A stretch of 64,000 nt of DNA from Antedon mediterranea. Its lineage: Eukaryota > Animalia > Echinodermata. A model generated the notes under the pieces. It worked only from the letters and a program-made list of their open reading frames with translations, ran no database searches and was not told the DNA's origin. The stretch lies in contig NC_092679.1 in assembly GCF_964355755.1 (NCBI RefSeq), forward strand, positions 23,853,432 to 23,917,431. The letters run 5' to 3'. Within the stretch, counting starts at the first letter, position 1. Each line of letters starts with the position of its first letter. This document shows, piece after piece, positions 23,600-38,661 of the stretch. The translations under genes and the position numbers were made by a program.

Positions 23600-26437
23600 G
23601 TTATAATAAGGATTACATTTGATTATATTTACGTTTTCTCTCCCTGCTAACGACACCGAGTATGTTATATATTTTTTCGGGGTGTAGCAGGATGAGACAG
23701 AAGAAGATCAACCTAGGTAAATTTAGAAACCTGTCCCAACCTCTCTATATGCTATGTCACGTACCAACATTCAGTAGTGACAGACGGGTTTGTTGGATAA
23801 ACACATCATAATAAATATGGCACGTTAACAGACTTCGTTTGGTGATTCAAATAATATAATACATGCACTAATAATCAGAAAGAACAATGAACAATTATGT
23901 AAGCTTACCAAAGGATACTGCTAAATTCCAAGTGTACATCTTGTTCTTGTATTTGTAAAACACAACAGAAAAGAAACAGCACCTGCTTAACAATATGCTA
24001 ATGATTTTACTCAAGCGAATTGACAAAAATAGGTGGCAGCAAACTTATTTTATGCAGGTATATAAACAAAATAGCATAAAATAGAATTCACCGCAGACTA
24101 GAGAGGGATTTGGAAGATGGAAACATTGATACGCAAGCGTCAAATAAGCTGACGCTTTTGATTCGTGCGCGAACACATTCAAATAGTGGATGGAAAACAG
24201 GTCTCTCCTGTTTTCACTGCTGCTGTATGTATAATATTTATTCGTTTTCAATAGGCCTATTGGAATAAAAATACATGTAAAATGATAATCTGTTTTACTG
24301 CAATGTATTATTATTATCTATATACTTTGGTTTTTTTTTATTAACATTTTCTTTTACAAATTTATATTAATGAAAACTTAACAAATTGTATATTAAAATA
24401 ATTCCACGTCAACCATGTAAACATTTCTGTAAACAAGTATAAAAATGTATTAATATTTTGTTATTATTGTTAAAACAGCAAAAAAGACAATGCTCTGCAT
24501 TGTTCAAATGCTAAAATACAAATTAAAAATATATTACACATAAATTGTTATAGGTAAATTTACATTTATGATAAAAATAATGGTTTAGTTTACTTTACTG
24601 GTATTTCAGGTGAACGAAAAGCATTCAATGGGCACGTAGGCCTACTGTAGTTAGTTCAATATCTACAGGCTCTTCATTCATGCTTAGCTATGTCGAAACA
24701 TAAAATATCGTAGACTTGCCCCAAGTCGGTATTCATTGTCTTTTTTTTTTATTTATTTGTTTTTATTTCGATTTTTGTCATCCAAACTCAAGTAATACAC
24801 GTATGAAACGCCATATGTGCAAATATATATATTTTTAACAATTTTAAGACAAAACTCCGTCTGGAGCACAGACTAAAAATATCGTCATGTACTGTGATAT
24901 TTGTTTGCTCCAAGGACTTATTCTTGTTTAGAATAAAACCCTTTAACTAACCCGCAGTACCACCACGTCCCCACCACGTCCCGCACCTTCCTCCTGCACC
25001 ATGTACATATTCTCCACGGCGCGCGCTGTATGCTAAGGGGACGTGGATCTGATCGTGTCCCAGCCACAGATAAACCCTTTGATCATCTCAGGAGGTCAGC
25101 ATCATGTTGTTACCTTTGATACAATTGTATTATATCTTTCTTAGGGTATACATTTCAATGAATTTAAGAAGGACTAGCATTCTCTGTTATAGTTAGGCCT
25201 ACTGCAAAATAATGGATGTTATCATGAGGTGGATGGAGGAAAAATAGTATTTCCATGAGTTGAAATATTGACCTTTGTATTCATTAGGAGATTTAGGTTG
25301 TTAAATTGTTTTGTAAAACGCCACAGTCGAATATTGCAGAACAGTTGGTTAGATGATACACTTAAATACATTGATTGACAAAACAGGCAACATTATAATT
25401 TATCGACTATGGCCAACCTAAACATACGTACATTGCCGTTAAGCGTCGCAGCTCTTTATATTAGAAGGGAAGAGTGACATTAAACTCTTTCCTGATTACA
25501 GAAATGTACTGTAGGCCTAACATATAAGGACAGAAACAAGTTACACGTTACGCTATTTCATCATATATTAGAATAAGTAAACACAATGCTGAAACACGTG
25601 TAATAAAACCTTCCTTTGTGGATATAACATTCAAGAGTTTGCTGGTGATTGAACAAAACAGCGATTGAGCCTGTCTACAGCTGATTGTACGGCGGCGGTT
25701 TTTCAAACGTCGTTAATGAAGCTTTACTGCAATAGAGAAATGAATGAATTATAATAACGTTCTTGTAGAATGAATTCGTATTACCCGGCGTCGTCACAAT
25801 TCAGACGATCATACAGTAGTCAGCCTAACACGCACATAAAGCAATCAATAAAGTACACTTCACGGTTTGGTGAATACAGATAATGGACGTCAATATGGTT
25901 TTACAAATTCTCTTAGACACGCGGGGCACTCAACGACTACTTTTAAGTATTCAGCCTCTTATTAACTTATGTCGGCAACAGAAGACGGTTGTTCTAGCAA
26001 CAAATGAGGTTTCAACTTTACTTTATTATCTAGCAATGTGCTTTATATGTTCGTACGTTTGTGTGTATATGTTTGTTCCACTTTTCTTTGTAAAGCTTGT
26101 ACCAACAGACCACTTAAAAAAAATTTGTAACGTAAAAAAAAAACTTTAAAAAAATCGAGTTATCTGTATCTTTAATGTGGGCTAAAATATTAAACAGCAT
26201 GCCCTCTGTCGCTAACATATTTCACTACAAATACTTGATGAACAAGTCCACAAGTCCTAACCATACTGTATGTAGATCATACATATAGCCCTCCCTCTAT
26301 TGGCCAGAATAAAATCACAAGATTACCAACGCGCAGCGCAGAGAAAGTATTATAATGAATATTCATGAGTTGTTCAGCTAATATGACACCTCTCTTAATC
26401 TGTACAATGTTCACAACCTCTTGTCTTTCTGCGTGTC

Positions 26438-27114
26438 CTATAATTGGTCAGTTATTACCGTCGTTCCGTCTGGAGTTTGGTTATATATTGTTGATCTATA
26501 CGACGAAGGTAATGATTCCATAATACCATTAGTGTCATCGTGTATATGATTGTTATCTTCGTCTCGTTGCTTAAATTTATCACTGGCACGAAGCACCTGC
26601 TGTTTAAGTTTCTGAGAAAGATTTCCAAATGTTTTTGCATTTCTAGTTTCCATATCACCAATACCTTTCAAAGTTATCATTAAAATACTAAGACCAAATA
26701 TCAAGTAAACGACTGCCATGCACTTGTAGGTAGCTCTAATAACTACCGACATTTCAGGGTTGTTACATATTACATAATCACCAAATCCTATAGTGGTCAG
26801 TGAGATAAGACAGAAATACTGTGCTTCAAAGAACGTCCAGCCTTCTATCAGCATAAACAGTAATGAAGGAAGAATGATCGTAAGTGTATACATGAGGCAT
26901 CCTACTGCGAAATAGGCTGTGAATGTACGCGCACGATTGCTTGATACCACCAAAGAAAAGTTAGACACAATCAAATTGGTTAAACGTTTCCATTTCTCCA
27001 CAAAACACTTGCCAATGACGTTCAGTACCCATCCTGTCAGTGGTATTCCGATGAGGGCGTATAATATACAGAACATTCTGCCCCAAAGTGTTTTAGGAGA
27101 CAGGTTTCCATAAC
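26438..27114 (-). CDS. Two-pore-domain potassium channel (K2P/KCNK family), last coding exon
   Basis: Acceptor tttgttgctatag|. G|GT TAT GGA completes the P1 filter TIGYG. Then M2 (GRMFCILYALIGIPL), M3, P2 (EGWTFFEAQYFCLISLTTIGFGDYV), M4 and the stop at 26438. Confidence 0.95.
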
Positions 27115-27197
27115 CTATAGCAACAAAATTAAACAAAATGTCTTTAATGAAAACTTCTCTAAAAACCACACCATTATTTATATACTTTTACTATACA

Positions 27198-27331
27198 AAC
27201 TCTGTCTACACTATCAAACTAGTTTGACTAAAAAAAGTGTGATGTGCCCAAATACGGTAGTGATATGACATCATCATGTCCATATATGGGCACCTCGCAT
27301 GTTTTTGTCACAAAAATTGATAGTGTAGACA
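27198..27331. mobile_element. MITE family M1 in K2P intron
   Basis: ctctgtctacactatcaaactagtttgac...tgatagtgtagac. Confidence 0.8.
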
Positions 27332-28910
27332 CGACATTAGAAATGAATAAGGTTAGCCTTTTGAAATGATTAGTTTCTTCGATTTGCCACAATTAAAAAA
27401 TATGCAGTATTTTCTCGAAAGGCTGAAATGTAATTTTGCACGTTTTTTTTTATTTAGAAAAAAAAATCGTAATTTAACATTAAAATGAATATAAACGGAT
27501 TGCAGGTAATAACGTAATTATTTGTTCCAAGATCAAATTCAGTGTAAGTTAAGTTTCACACATTTGAGTGACAGTTTTAAACAACATTTTAACATTTACA
27601 TATTTTTTTCAGAACTCTTACATTATCATTGTGTAATGTTTGTCAATAATTATATAACTAATACAGTTAAAACGATTCGTATCAAAAATTTATATCCCCG
27701 ATGTAAAACTGAGTTTTTTCATTTGTCCTTATGAATCAATTTTCAATTATTGCTAAGTGACTTGCATCAATGCTAATGTGACACTATATAGAAGCATGGT
27801 GTATATTACAATTTACGTTGTCATGTTCTATAATAAATGTAACTGGCATCAATAGTCTTGCAATTTGGCTATTAAATTAATCCAACATTCGCCTTATATT
27901 CAAATAACAGTAGAATAATTGAGAGGGAAAAGGATATAAAGTGAATCTTCTCATCTGCCTATTCAAATAAAATGTTTGAGATGTATTGTCTATCAAAAAC
28001 ATGAAAAATGAAGATTAATAAAAAAAGAATTTTAATTTGAATACCACCTACCATTTATTGTAAACATGTATTGGTCAACAAAGTATCTAAATTTTAAACA
28101 TATTTCACTATTTATCATCTTCTTAAAGTAATATATTTCTGGTTTTTATTGTTCTAATGATGTTAATAATAACTTCTTATTCTTCAATGTTTTGTAAGGG
28201 TCTCTGCTTAAAAGCTTTGTTTATGTTGAGTTCACTTTTCCATAACTGTTGATGACATCTTTGTATATCCTTATGTTGAAGTTTTATGGAATAACAATTT
28301 ATTTTGATTTGATTTAATTTGATGTTATATTAATGATTCATCAACATGATGAGGCCTATTACAGATTGTAGGCTGATAAAACATTCCTAATTATCCAAAT
28401 TAATTTCTTCTCTATTTACAATTTACATAAGAGAAATGCCAACTTGTTTTTGGAATGTTTCGTCATTATAGACATTCAGCAAATGATACGACTCGGAAGT
28501 TGTTTGCCGGCTTATTCATTAATTTAATGAAATTATTTTGATCATTGGTAAGTGCATCCCGTTATTATACAATTATTACTAATAATATATTTTCTACAAA
28601 TGATTACCGTTCATTCATAATGTCCAATACATCAGATAACCTATTGTACTTGAGTTATGTAAAGCTCTCTGCTCTCGTTTGACTGTAATACGACCGATAA
28701 AGAGAGGTTACATAAATTAATCAAAATTTCTAGGCGAACATTAATATTATAAGCGGCGTATGTTTTCATAATTATTGATTAGTTTAGCACTCATAATTCT
28801 ATTTCATTCATTCTAATGATATAGGTGACATGCGTTGCTTGCGTTTTCTAAATTGTTTTGTCTCAAGACTATAATGTATTAGACCTGCTGTAGACTATAA
28901 TGTATTAGAC

Positions 28911-30671
28911 GGGTGTGTAGAAAGCGACGACCTCGAATTGGACGACCCCAACGACCCGGGCTACCTCGAATTGGACGACCTAGAATTGGACGACCCATAA
29001 CACGAAACCGACGACCCCTATAATAGCCTAGCCTAGCCTAGGCCTAAGTATGGTATAACATCCCGAAGCCGAACATAACCAAAGATCTTTAAACCATACC
29101 TTATATAATACTCGCAAGCAATCAATGGATTGAAAAAATACAGAAATATCGCCATTTGATACTGAATGTGTCGACACGAACAAACGAACAGATATGGAAC
29201 GCCAAGAGTGCATCATTAAAACTGCATTCGACTCGATTAGCACACGAAATATCATAAACATGGCAAACCAGGCCCCTTTTTTCAGCGGCAGGTAAGGTTT
29301 GACCATGGAGGTACTCCATGGTTTGACCAGCTCCATGGTTTGGTAAAAATATTTTTATACCTCCATGGTTTGACCGTATACAATGCATGTGTGAAATGTA
29401 AAGCTTTTTTATGGCCCTCCCCATGCAGGATTAGGCCAAGTTGAGCCGCCGACAAGTTGAGGCGCCGCCAGAAAAACGTTATTTTCTATGAAACGCCAAA
29501 TGCTTACTTTCGCCGGTGCTCGTTTCTATTTAATAGAAGTTCTATTTATATTAATTATTAGATATAACGATGTATATTCCAAAGTTTATATATCACGGTT
29601 TTTAGTATATATTATTAAATATTATAATTAAAGAGAAATAATTATGAATATCTGACTTGTAGATTCCAAAATATAAGGCCTAAAACATGACCGAAAATGA
29701 TCGTTTTTAGCCAAAAATGACGTAAACATGTTGCCCCCTCAGGCGGCAGTTGAAGTAAAATAATTGCATAAAATCACCGTTTTTTAGTAAAATATTTTGT
29801 GTATTAACATTGTAAAATTCAATAAAATATGATATTAAAAGATAGTAAATAAAAAATAATAATTATTTAACCTCATTCGAAGAATATCAATACTCTATTA
29901 GTCCTGAGAGACAACGTGATTTTACGTGGTAGGCATACACGCGAGAAAAATATTATGGAGTGCACTGCATTTTTACCTTGAAAGATTAAAAACAAATAAA
30001 TTATTAAATATGACTACTTTCCTTTGCTGTTTCAAACCAACAAAATTGTAGTATGTAATTATTATTTATTTTCATGACACAATAAACCTAAAGACCATGA
30101 ACTTATGTAGGGCCTACTAGGACACCACTCTATCACTACGCGAAATGTCGTAAAAGACGCACAGGCCGTTTCATAGAAATTACCGGCGGCTCAACTTGTC
30201 GGCGGCCCAACCGGTCATATCCCCATGCGGATGTTACGCTGCTTGGTAGGCCTATAGTGTTCGTTATAAGAAGACGAGATGTAATTATACGTCCATGGTT
30301 TAACCATGTATTGTATAATATTTATTTCTTTTTAATTTATTTTTAATATGTCGAATGCAGTTTTAATGATGCACTCTTGGCGTTCCATATCTTTTCGTTT
30401 GTTCGTGTCGACACAATCAGTATCAAATGGCGATATTTCTTTATTTTTTCAATCAATTGCTTGCTTGCGAGTATTATATAATAAGGTATAGTTTAAAGAT
30501 CTTTGGCTATTTTCGGCTTCGGGATGTTATACCACACTTAGGCCTAGGCTAGGCTAGGCTATAGGGGTCGTCGGTTTCGTGTTATGGGTCGTTCAATTCG
30601 AGGTCGTTCAATTCGAGGTCGCCTGGGTCGTTGGGGTCGTCCAATTCGAGGTCGTCGCTTTCTACACACCC
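28911..30671. mobile_element. Mutator (MULE)-like non-autonomous element with ~330-bp TIRs
   Basis: GGGTGTGTAGAAAGCGACGACCTCGAATTGG... / ...TCGAGGTCGTCGCTTTCTACACACCC, with 10-bp TGTATTAGAC on both sides. Confidence 0.85.
29429..30221. mobile_element. Second TIR element nested in the MULE-like element (9-bp TSD)
   Basis: Imperfect TIRs around GCCGCCGACAAGTTGAG / CTCAACTTGTCGGCGGC and TSD CCCATGCAG / CCCATGCGG. Confidence 0.7.
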
Positions 30672-33600
30672 TGTATTAGACCTGCTGTAGACTATAATGT
30701 ATTAGACCTGCTGTAGACTATAATGTATTAGACCTGCTGTAGACTATAATGTATTAGACCTGCTGTAGACTATAATGTATTAGACCTGCTGTAGACTATA
30801 ATGTATTAGACCTGCTGTAGACTAAAATGTATTAGACCTGCTGTAGACTATAATGTATTAGACCTGCTGTAGACTATAATGTATTAGACCTGCTGTAGAC
30901 TATAATGTATTAGACCTGCTGTAGACTATAATGTATTAGACCTGCTGTAGACTATAATGTATTAGACCTGCTGTAGACTATAATGTATTAGACCTGCTGT
31001 AGACTATAATGTATTAGACCTGCTGTAGACTATAATGTATTAGACCTGCTGTAGACTATAATGTATTAGACCTGCTGTAGACTATAATGTATTAGACCTG
31101 CTGTAGACTATAATGTATTAGACCTGCTGTAGACTATAATGTATTAGACCTGCTGTAGACTATAATGTATTAGACCTGCTGTAGACTATAATGTATTAGA
31201 CCTGCTGTAGACTATAATGTATTAGACCTGCTGTAGACTATAATGTATTAGACCTGCTGTAGACTATAATGTATTAGACCTGCTGTAGACTATAATGTAT
31301 TAGACCTGCTGTAGACTATACTGTATTAGACCTGCTGTAGACTATAATGTATTAGACCTGCTGTAGACTATAATGTATTAGACCTGCTGTAGACTATAAT
31401 GTATTAGACCTGCTGTAGACTATAATGTATTAGACCTGCTGTAGACTATAATGTATTAGACCTGCTATAGACTATAATGTATTAGACCTGCTATAGACTA
31501 TAATGTATTAGACCTGCTGTAGACTATAATGTATTAGACCTGCTGTAGACTATAATGTATTAGACCTGCTGTAGACTATAATGTATTAGACCTGCTGTAG
31601 ACTATAATGTATTAGACCTGCTGTAGACTATAATGTATTAGACCTGCTGTAGACTATAATGTATTAGACCTGCTGTAGACTATAATGTATTAGACCTGCT
31701 GTAGACTATAATGTATTAGACCTGCTGTAGACTATAATGTATTAGACCTGCTGTAGACTATAATGTATTAGACCTGCTGTAGACTATAATGTATTAGACC
31801 TGCTGTAGACTATAATGTATTAGACCTGCTGTAGACTATAATGTATTAGACCTGCTGTAGACTATAATGTATTAGACCTGCTGTAGACTATAATGTATTA
31901 GACCTGCTGTAGACTATAATGTATTAGACCTGCTGTATACTATAATGTATTAGACCTGCTGTATACTATAATGTATTAGACCTGCTGTAGACTATAATGT
32001 ATTAGACCTGCTGTAGACTATAATGTATTAGACCTGCTGTAGACTATAATGTATTAGACCTGCTGTATACTATAATGTATTAGACCTGCTGTAGACTATA
32101 ATGTATTAGACCTGCTGTAGACTATAATGTATTAGACCTGCTGTAGACTATAATGTATTAGACCTGCTGTATACTATAATGTATTAGACCTGCTGTAGAC
32201 TATAATGTATTAGACCTGCTGTAGACTATAATGTATTAGACCTGCTGTAGACTATAATGTATTAGACCTGCTGTAGACTATAATGTATTAGACCTGCTGT
32301 AGACTATAATGTATTAGACCTGCTATAGACTATAATGTATTAGACCTGCTGTAGACTATAATGTATTAGACCTGCTGTAGACTATAATGTATTAGACCTG
32401 CTGTAGACTATAATGTATTAGACCTGCTGTAGACTATAATGTATTAGACCAGCTGTAGACTATAATGTATTAGACCTGCTGTAGACTATAATGCATTAGA
32501 CCTGCTGTAGACTATAATGTATTAGACCAGCTGTAGACTATAATGTATTAGACCTGCTGTAGACTATAATGTATTAGACCTGCTGTAGACTATAATGTAT
32601 TAGACCTGCTGTAGACTATAATGTATTAGACCTGCTGTAGACTATAATGTATTAGACCTGCTGTAGACTATAATGTATTAGACCTGCTGTAGACTATAAT
32701 GTATTAGACCTGCTGTAGACTATAATGTATTAGACCTGCTGTAGACTATAATGTATTAGACCTGCTGTAGACTATAATGTATTAGACCTGCTGTAGACTA
32801 TAATGTATTAGACCTGCTGTAGACTATAATGTATTAGACCTGCTGTAGACTATAATGTATTAGACCTGCTGTAGACTATAATGTATTAGACCTGCTGTAG
32901 ACTATAATGTATTAGACCTGCTGTAGACTATAATGTATTAGACCTGCTGTAGACTATAATGTATTAGACCTGCTGTAGACTATAATGTATTAGACCTGCT
33001 GTAGACTATAATGTATTAGACCTGCTGTAGACTATAATGTATTAGACCTGCTGTAGACTATAATGTATTAGACCTGCTGTAGACTATAATGTATTAGACC
33101 TGCTGTAGACTATAATGTATTAGACCTGCTGTAGACTATAATGTATTAGACCTGCTGTAGACTATAATGTATTAGACCTGCTGTAGACTATAATGTATTA
33201 GACCTGCTGTAGACTATAATGTATTAGACCTGCTGTAGACTATAATGTATTAGACCTGCTGTAGACTATAATGTATTAGACCTGCTGTAGACTATAATGT
33301 ATTAGACCTGCTGTAGACTATAATGTATTAGACCTCCTGTAGACTATAATGTATTAGACCTGCTGTAGACTATAATGTATTAGACCTGCTGTATACTATA
33401 ATGTATTAGACCTGCTGTATACTATAATGTATTAGACCTGCTGTAGACTATAATGTATTAGACCTGCTGTAGACTATAATGTATTAGACCTGCTGTAGAC
33501 TATAATGTATTAGACCTGCTGTAGACTATACTGTATTAGACCTGCTGTAGACTATAATGTATTAGACCTGCTGTAGACTATAATGTATTAGACCTGCTAT

Positions 33601-36600
33601 AGACTATAATGTATTAGACCTGCTGTATACTATAATGTATTAGACCTGCTGTAGACTATAATGTATTAGACCTGCTATAGACTATAATGTATTAGACCTG
33701 CTGTAGACTATAATGTATTAGACCTGCTGTAGACTATAATGTATTAGACCTGCTATAGACTATAATGTATTAGACCTGCTGTAGACTATAATGTATTAGA
33801 CCTGCTGTAGACTATAATGTATTAGACCTGCTGTAGACTATAATGTATTAGACCTGCTGTAGACTATAATGTATTAGACCTGCTGTAGACTATAATGTAT
33901 TAGACCTGCTGTAGACTATAATGTATTAGACCTGCTGTAGACTATAATGTATTAGACCTGCTGTATACTATAATGTATTAGACCTGCTGTAGACTATAAT
34001 GTATTAGACCTGCTGTAGACTATAATGTATTAGACCTGCTGTAGACTATAATGTATTAGACCTGCTGTATACTATAATGTATTAGACCTGCTGTAGACTA
34101 TAATGTATTAGACCTGCTATAGACTATAATGTATTAGACCTGCTGTAGACTATAATGTATTAGACCTGCTGTAGACTATAATGTATTAGACCTGCTGTAG
34201 ACTATAATGTATTAGACCTGCTATAGACTATAATGTATTAGACCTGCTGTAGACTATAATGTATTAGACCTGCTGTAGACTATAATGTATTAGACCTGCT
34301 GTAGACTATAATGTATTAGACCTGCTGTAGACTATAATGTATTAGACCAGCTGTAGACTATAATGTATTAGACCTGCTGTAGACTATAATGCATTAGACC
34401 TGCTGTAGACTATAATGTATTAGACCAGCTGTAGACTATAATGTATTAGACCTGCTGTAGACTATAATGTATTAGACCTGCTGTAGACTATAATGTATTA
34501 GACCTGCTGTAGACTATAATGTATTAGACCTGCTGTAGACTATAATGTATTAGACCTGCTGTAGACTATAATGTATTAGACCTGCTGTAGACTATAATGT
34601 ATTAGACCTGCTGTAGACTATAATGTATTAGACCTGCTGTAGACTATAATGTATTAGACCTGCTGTAGACTATAATGTATTAGACCTGCTGTAGACTATA
34701 ATGTATTAGACCTGCTGTAGACTATAATGTATTAGACCTGCTGTAGACTATAATGTATTAGACCAGCTGTAGACTATAATGTATTAGACCTGCTGTAGAC
34801 TATAATGTATTAGACCTGCTGTAGACTATAATGTATTAGACCTGCTGTAGACTATAATGTATTAGACCTGCTGTAGACTATAATGTATTAGACCTGCTGT
34901 AGACTATAATGTATTAGACCTGCTGTAGACTATAATGTATTAGACCTGCTGTAGACTATAATGTATTAGACCTGCTGTAGACTATAATGTATTAGACCTG
35001 CTGTAGACTATAATGTATTAGACCTGCTGTAGACTATAATGTATTAGACCTGCTGTAGACTATAATGTATTAGACCTGCTGTAGACTATAATGTATTAGA
35101 CCTGCTGTAGACTATAATGTATTAGACCTGCTGTAGACTATAATGTATTAGACCTGCTGTAGACTATAATGTATTAGACCTGCTGTAGACTATAATGTAT
35201 TAGACCTGCTGTAGACTATAATGTATTAGACCTGCTGTAGACTATAATGTATTAGACCTCCTGTAGACTATAATGTATTAGACCTGCTGTAGACTATAAT
35301 GTATTAGACCTGCTGTAGACTATAATGTATTAGACCTGCTGTAGACTATAATGTATTAGACCTGCTGTAGACTATAATGTATTAGACCTGCTGTAGACTA
35401 TAATGTATTAGACCTGCTGTAGACTATAATGTATTAGACCTGCTGTAGACTATACTGTATTAGACCTGCTGTAGACTATAATGTATTAGACCTGCTGTAG
35501 ACTATAATGTATTAGACCTGCTGTAGACTATAATGTATTAGACCTGCTGTAGACTATAATGTATTAGACCTGCTGTAGACTATAATGTATTAGACCTGCT
35601 GTAGACTATAATGTATTAGACCTGCTGTAGACTATAATGTATTAGACCTGCTGTAGACTATAATGTATTAGACCTGCTGTAGACTATAATGTATTAGACC
35701 TGCTGTAGACTATAATGTATTAGACCTGCTGTAGACTATAATGTATTAGACCTGCTGTAGACTATAATGTATTAGACCTGCTGTAGACTATAATGTATTA
35801 GACCTGCTGTAGACTATAATGTATTAGACCTGCTGTAGACTATAATGTATTAGACCTGCTGTAGACTATAATGTATTAGACCTGCTGTAGACTATAATGT
35901 ATTAGACCTGCTGTAGACTATAATGTATTAGACCTGCTGTAGACTATAATGTATTAGACCTGCTGTAGACTATAATGTATTAGACCTGCTGTAGACTATA
36001 ATGTATTAGACCTGCTGTAGACTATAATGTATTAGACCTGCTGTAGACTATAATGTATTAGACCTGCTGTAGACTATAATGTATTAGACCTGCTGTAGAC
36101 TATAATGTATTAGACCTGCTGTAGACTATAATGTATTAGACCTGCTGTAGACTATAATGTATTAGACCTGCTGTAGACTATAATGTATTAGACCTGCTGT
36201 AGACTATAATGTATTAGACCTGCTGTAGACTATAATGTATTAGACCTGCTGTAGACTATAATGTATTAGACCTGCTGTAGACTATAATGTATTAGACCTG
36301 CTGTAGACTATAATGTATTAGACCTGCTGTAGACTATAATGTATTAGACCTGCTGTAGACTATAATGTATTAGACCTGCTGTAGACTATAATGTATTAGA
36401 CCTGCTGTAGACTATAATGTATTAGACCTGCTGTAGACTATAATGTATTAGACCTGCTGTAGACTATAATGTATTAGACCTGCTGTAGACTATAATGTAT
36501 TAGACCTGCTGTAGACTATAATGTATTAGACCTGCTGTAGACTATAATGTATTAGACCTGCTGTAGACTATAATGTATTAGACCTGCTGTAGACTATAAT

Positions 36601-38661
36601 GTATTAGACCTGCTGTAGACTATAATGTATTAGACCTGCTGTAGACTATAATGTATTAGACCTGCTGTAGACTATAATGTATTAGACCTGCTGTAGACTA
36701 TAATGTATTAGACCTGCTGTATACTATAATGTATTAGACCTGCTGTATACTATAATGTATTAGACCTGCTGTAGACTATAATGTATTAGACCTGCTGTAG
36801 ACTATAATGTATTAGACCTGCTGTAGACTATAATGTATTAGACCTGCTGTATACTATAATGTATTAGACCTGCTGTAGACTATAATGTATTAGACCTGCT
36901 GTAGACTATAATGTATTAGACCTGCTATAGACTATAATGTATTAGACCTGCTGTATACTATAATGTATTAGACCTGCTGTAGACTATAATGTATTAGACC
37001 TGCTATAGACTATAATGTATTAGACCTGCTGTAGACTATAATGTATTAGACCTGCTGTAGACTATAATGTATTAGACCTGCTATAGACTATAATGTATTA
37101 GACCTGCTGTAGACTATAATGTATTAGACCTGCTGTAGACTATAATGTATTAGACCTGCTGTAGACTATAATGTATTAGACCTGCTGTAGACTATAATGT
37201 ATTAGACCAGCTGTAGACTATAATGTATTAGACCTGCTGTAGACTATAATGTATTAGACCTGCTGTAGACTATAATGTATTAGACCAGCTGTAGACTATA
37301 ATGTATTAGACCTGCTGTAGACTATAATGTATTAGACCTGCTGTAGACTATAATGTATTAGACCTGCTGTAGACTATAATGTATTAGACCTGCTGTAGAC
37401 TATAATGTATTAGACCTGCTGTAGACTATAATGTATTAGACCTGCTGTAGACTATAATGTATTAGACCTGCTGTAGACTATAATGTATTAGACCTGCTGT
37501 AGACTATAATGTATTAGACCTGCTGTAGACTATAATGTATTAGACCTGCTGTAGACTATAATGTATTAGACCTGCTGTAGACTATAATGTATTAGACCAG
37601 CTGTAGACTATAATGTATTAGACCTGCTGTAGACTATAATGTATTAGACCTGCTGTAGACTATAATGTATTAGACCAGCTGTAGACTATAATGTATTAGA
37701 CCTGCTGTAGACTATAATGTATTAGACCTGCTGTAGACTATAATGTATTAGACCTGCTGTAGACTATAATGTATTAGACCTGCTGTATACTATAAAACAT
37801 TAGAATATTTATTACACGAGCACATTGTAAAGCAATGTTGTATCAACGAGGTTCACCTGGTGAAAATAAAAGATAAAGAAAATATAGAAATATTAAACTA
37901 AGGTATAATACCAGGGGCCCTATTTACCTGATAAATAATTAATTTGAAGAAAAATAGTACAGTCAGCCAAAAACTTGTTTATAAGACAAGATGTCTTGTA
38001 AAATGTTTTTTTTTTACTTTTTTAAAAGCGAAATCATTATTTTTGGTTATTTTTTTGTCGGTGAAATTGAATGACTTTAAATTGACTCAGCGTCAACGAA
38101 AGCCTCGTTTAGTATACTTTGAGGCAAAATTCAGAGCCTCATTTTGGCCTCGTTTGTAATCTACAATTTTCTAGACATCTTCTGTTCAAATTATTTCTTA
38201 AATGATACAATTTATCCTGGTTTATAACTTTTGAAATACAATAATTTTCTCAATCAGAAGAAGAAAAATTATTTTCATCTTCAATTTCACAACACAAGTT
38301 TGTGCTTTAAAAAAATATTTATTTAGTTTATATTCCTATCCTTAAAATCAATAATTAAAGTAGAAACTCACGGAAGAGGAATAATAATAATCTGCGTCTT
38401 TTAATTGATGCAAGGCATTAACAAAAGTCGAGTCATTTAGTTATCTATTATTAATATGTATTTGATGTATTACTGTATATTATTATTTTCTCGTAAATCC
38501 TCTTGATCGTTAACTATCATTGACCAAATCTAAACAGCAGCCTGGAGGCGGGTGATAAACATTGTGAATCGCTGAAAGGATCAGTTCTATAAATTGCCGT
38601 CCTACATCGTGTCATCTCCGCTTTGATTACGTGTTATCGAGTCGTTATGTGGAGGTTCTAA

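Larger units (their letters stand above)
28867..37795. repeat. 26-bp satellite (TGTATTAGACCTGCTGTAGACTATAA)n, about 275 units, interrupted at 28911-30671
   Basis: Near-perfect tandem array at 30672-37795 plus ~1.7 units at 28867-28910. Sparse single-base variants recur. Confidence 0.99.

Noticed and set aside
27115-27169. N-terminal extension of ORF 26438-27169 (MVFREVFIKDILFNFVAI)
   Set aside because: It is intronic read-through upstream of the acceptor at 27115; the true upstream sequence is exon 39550-39889.
30672-37795. CRISPR-like array or telomeric repeat
   Set aside because: Units are contiguous with no unique spacers, there are no cas genes, the context is a eukaryotic intron, and the unit has no telomeric motif.
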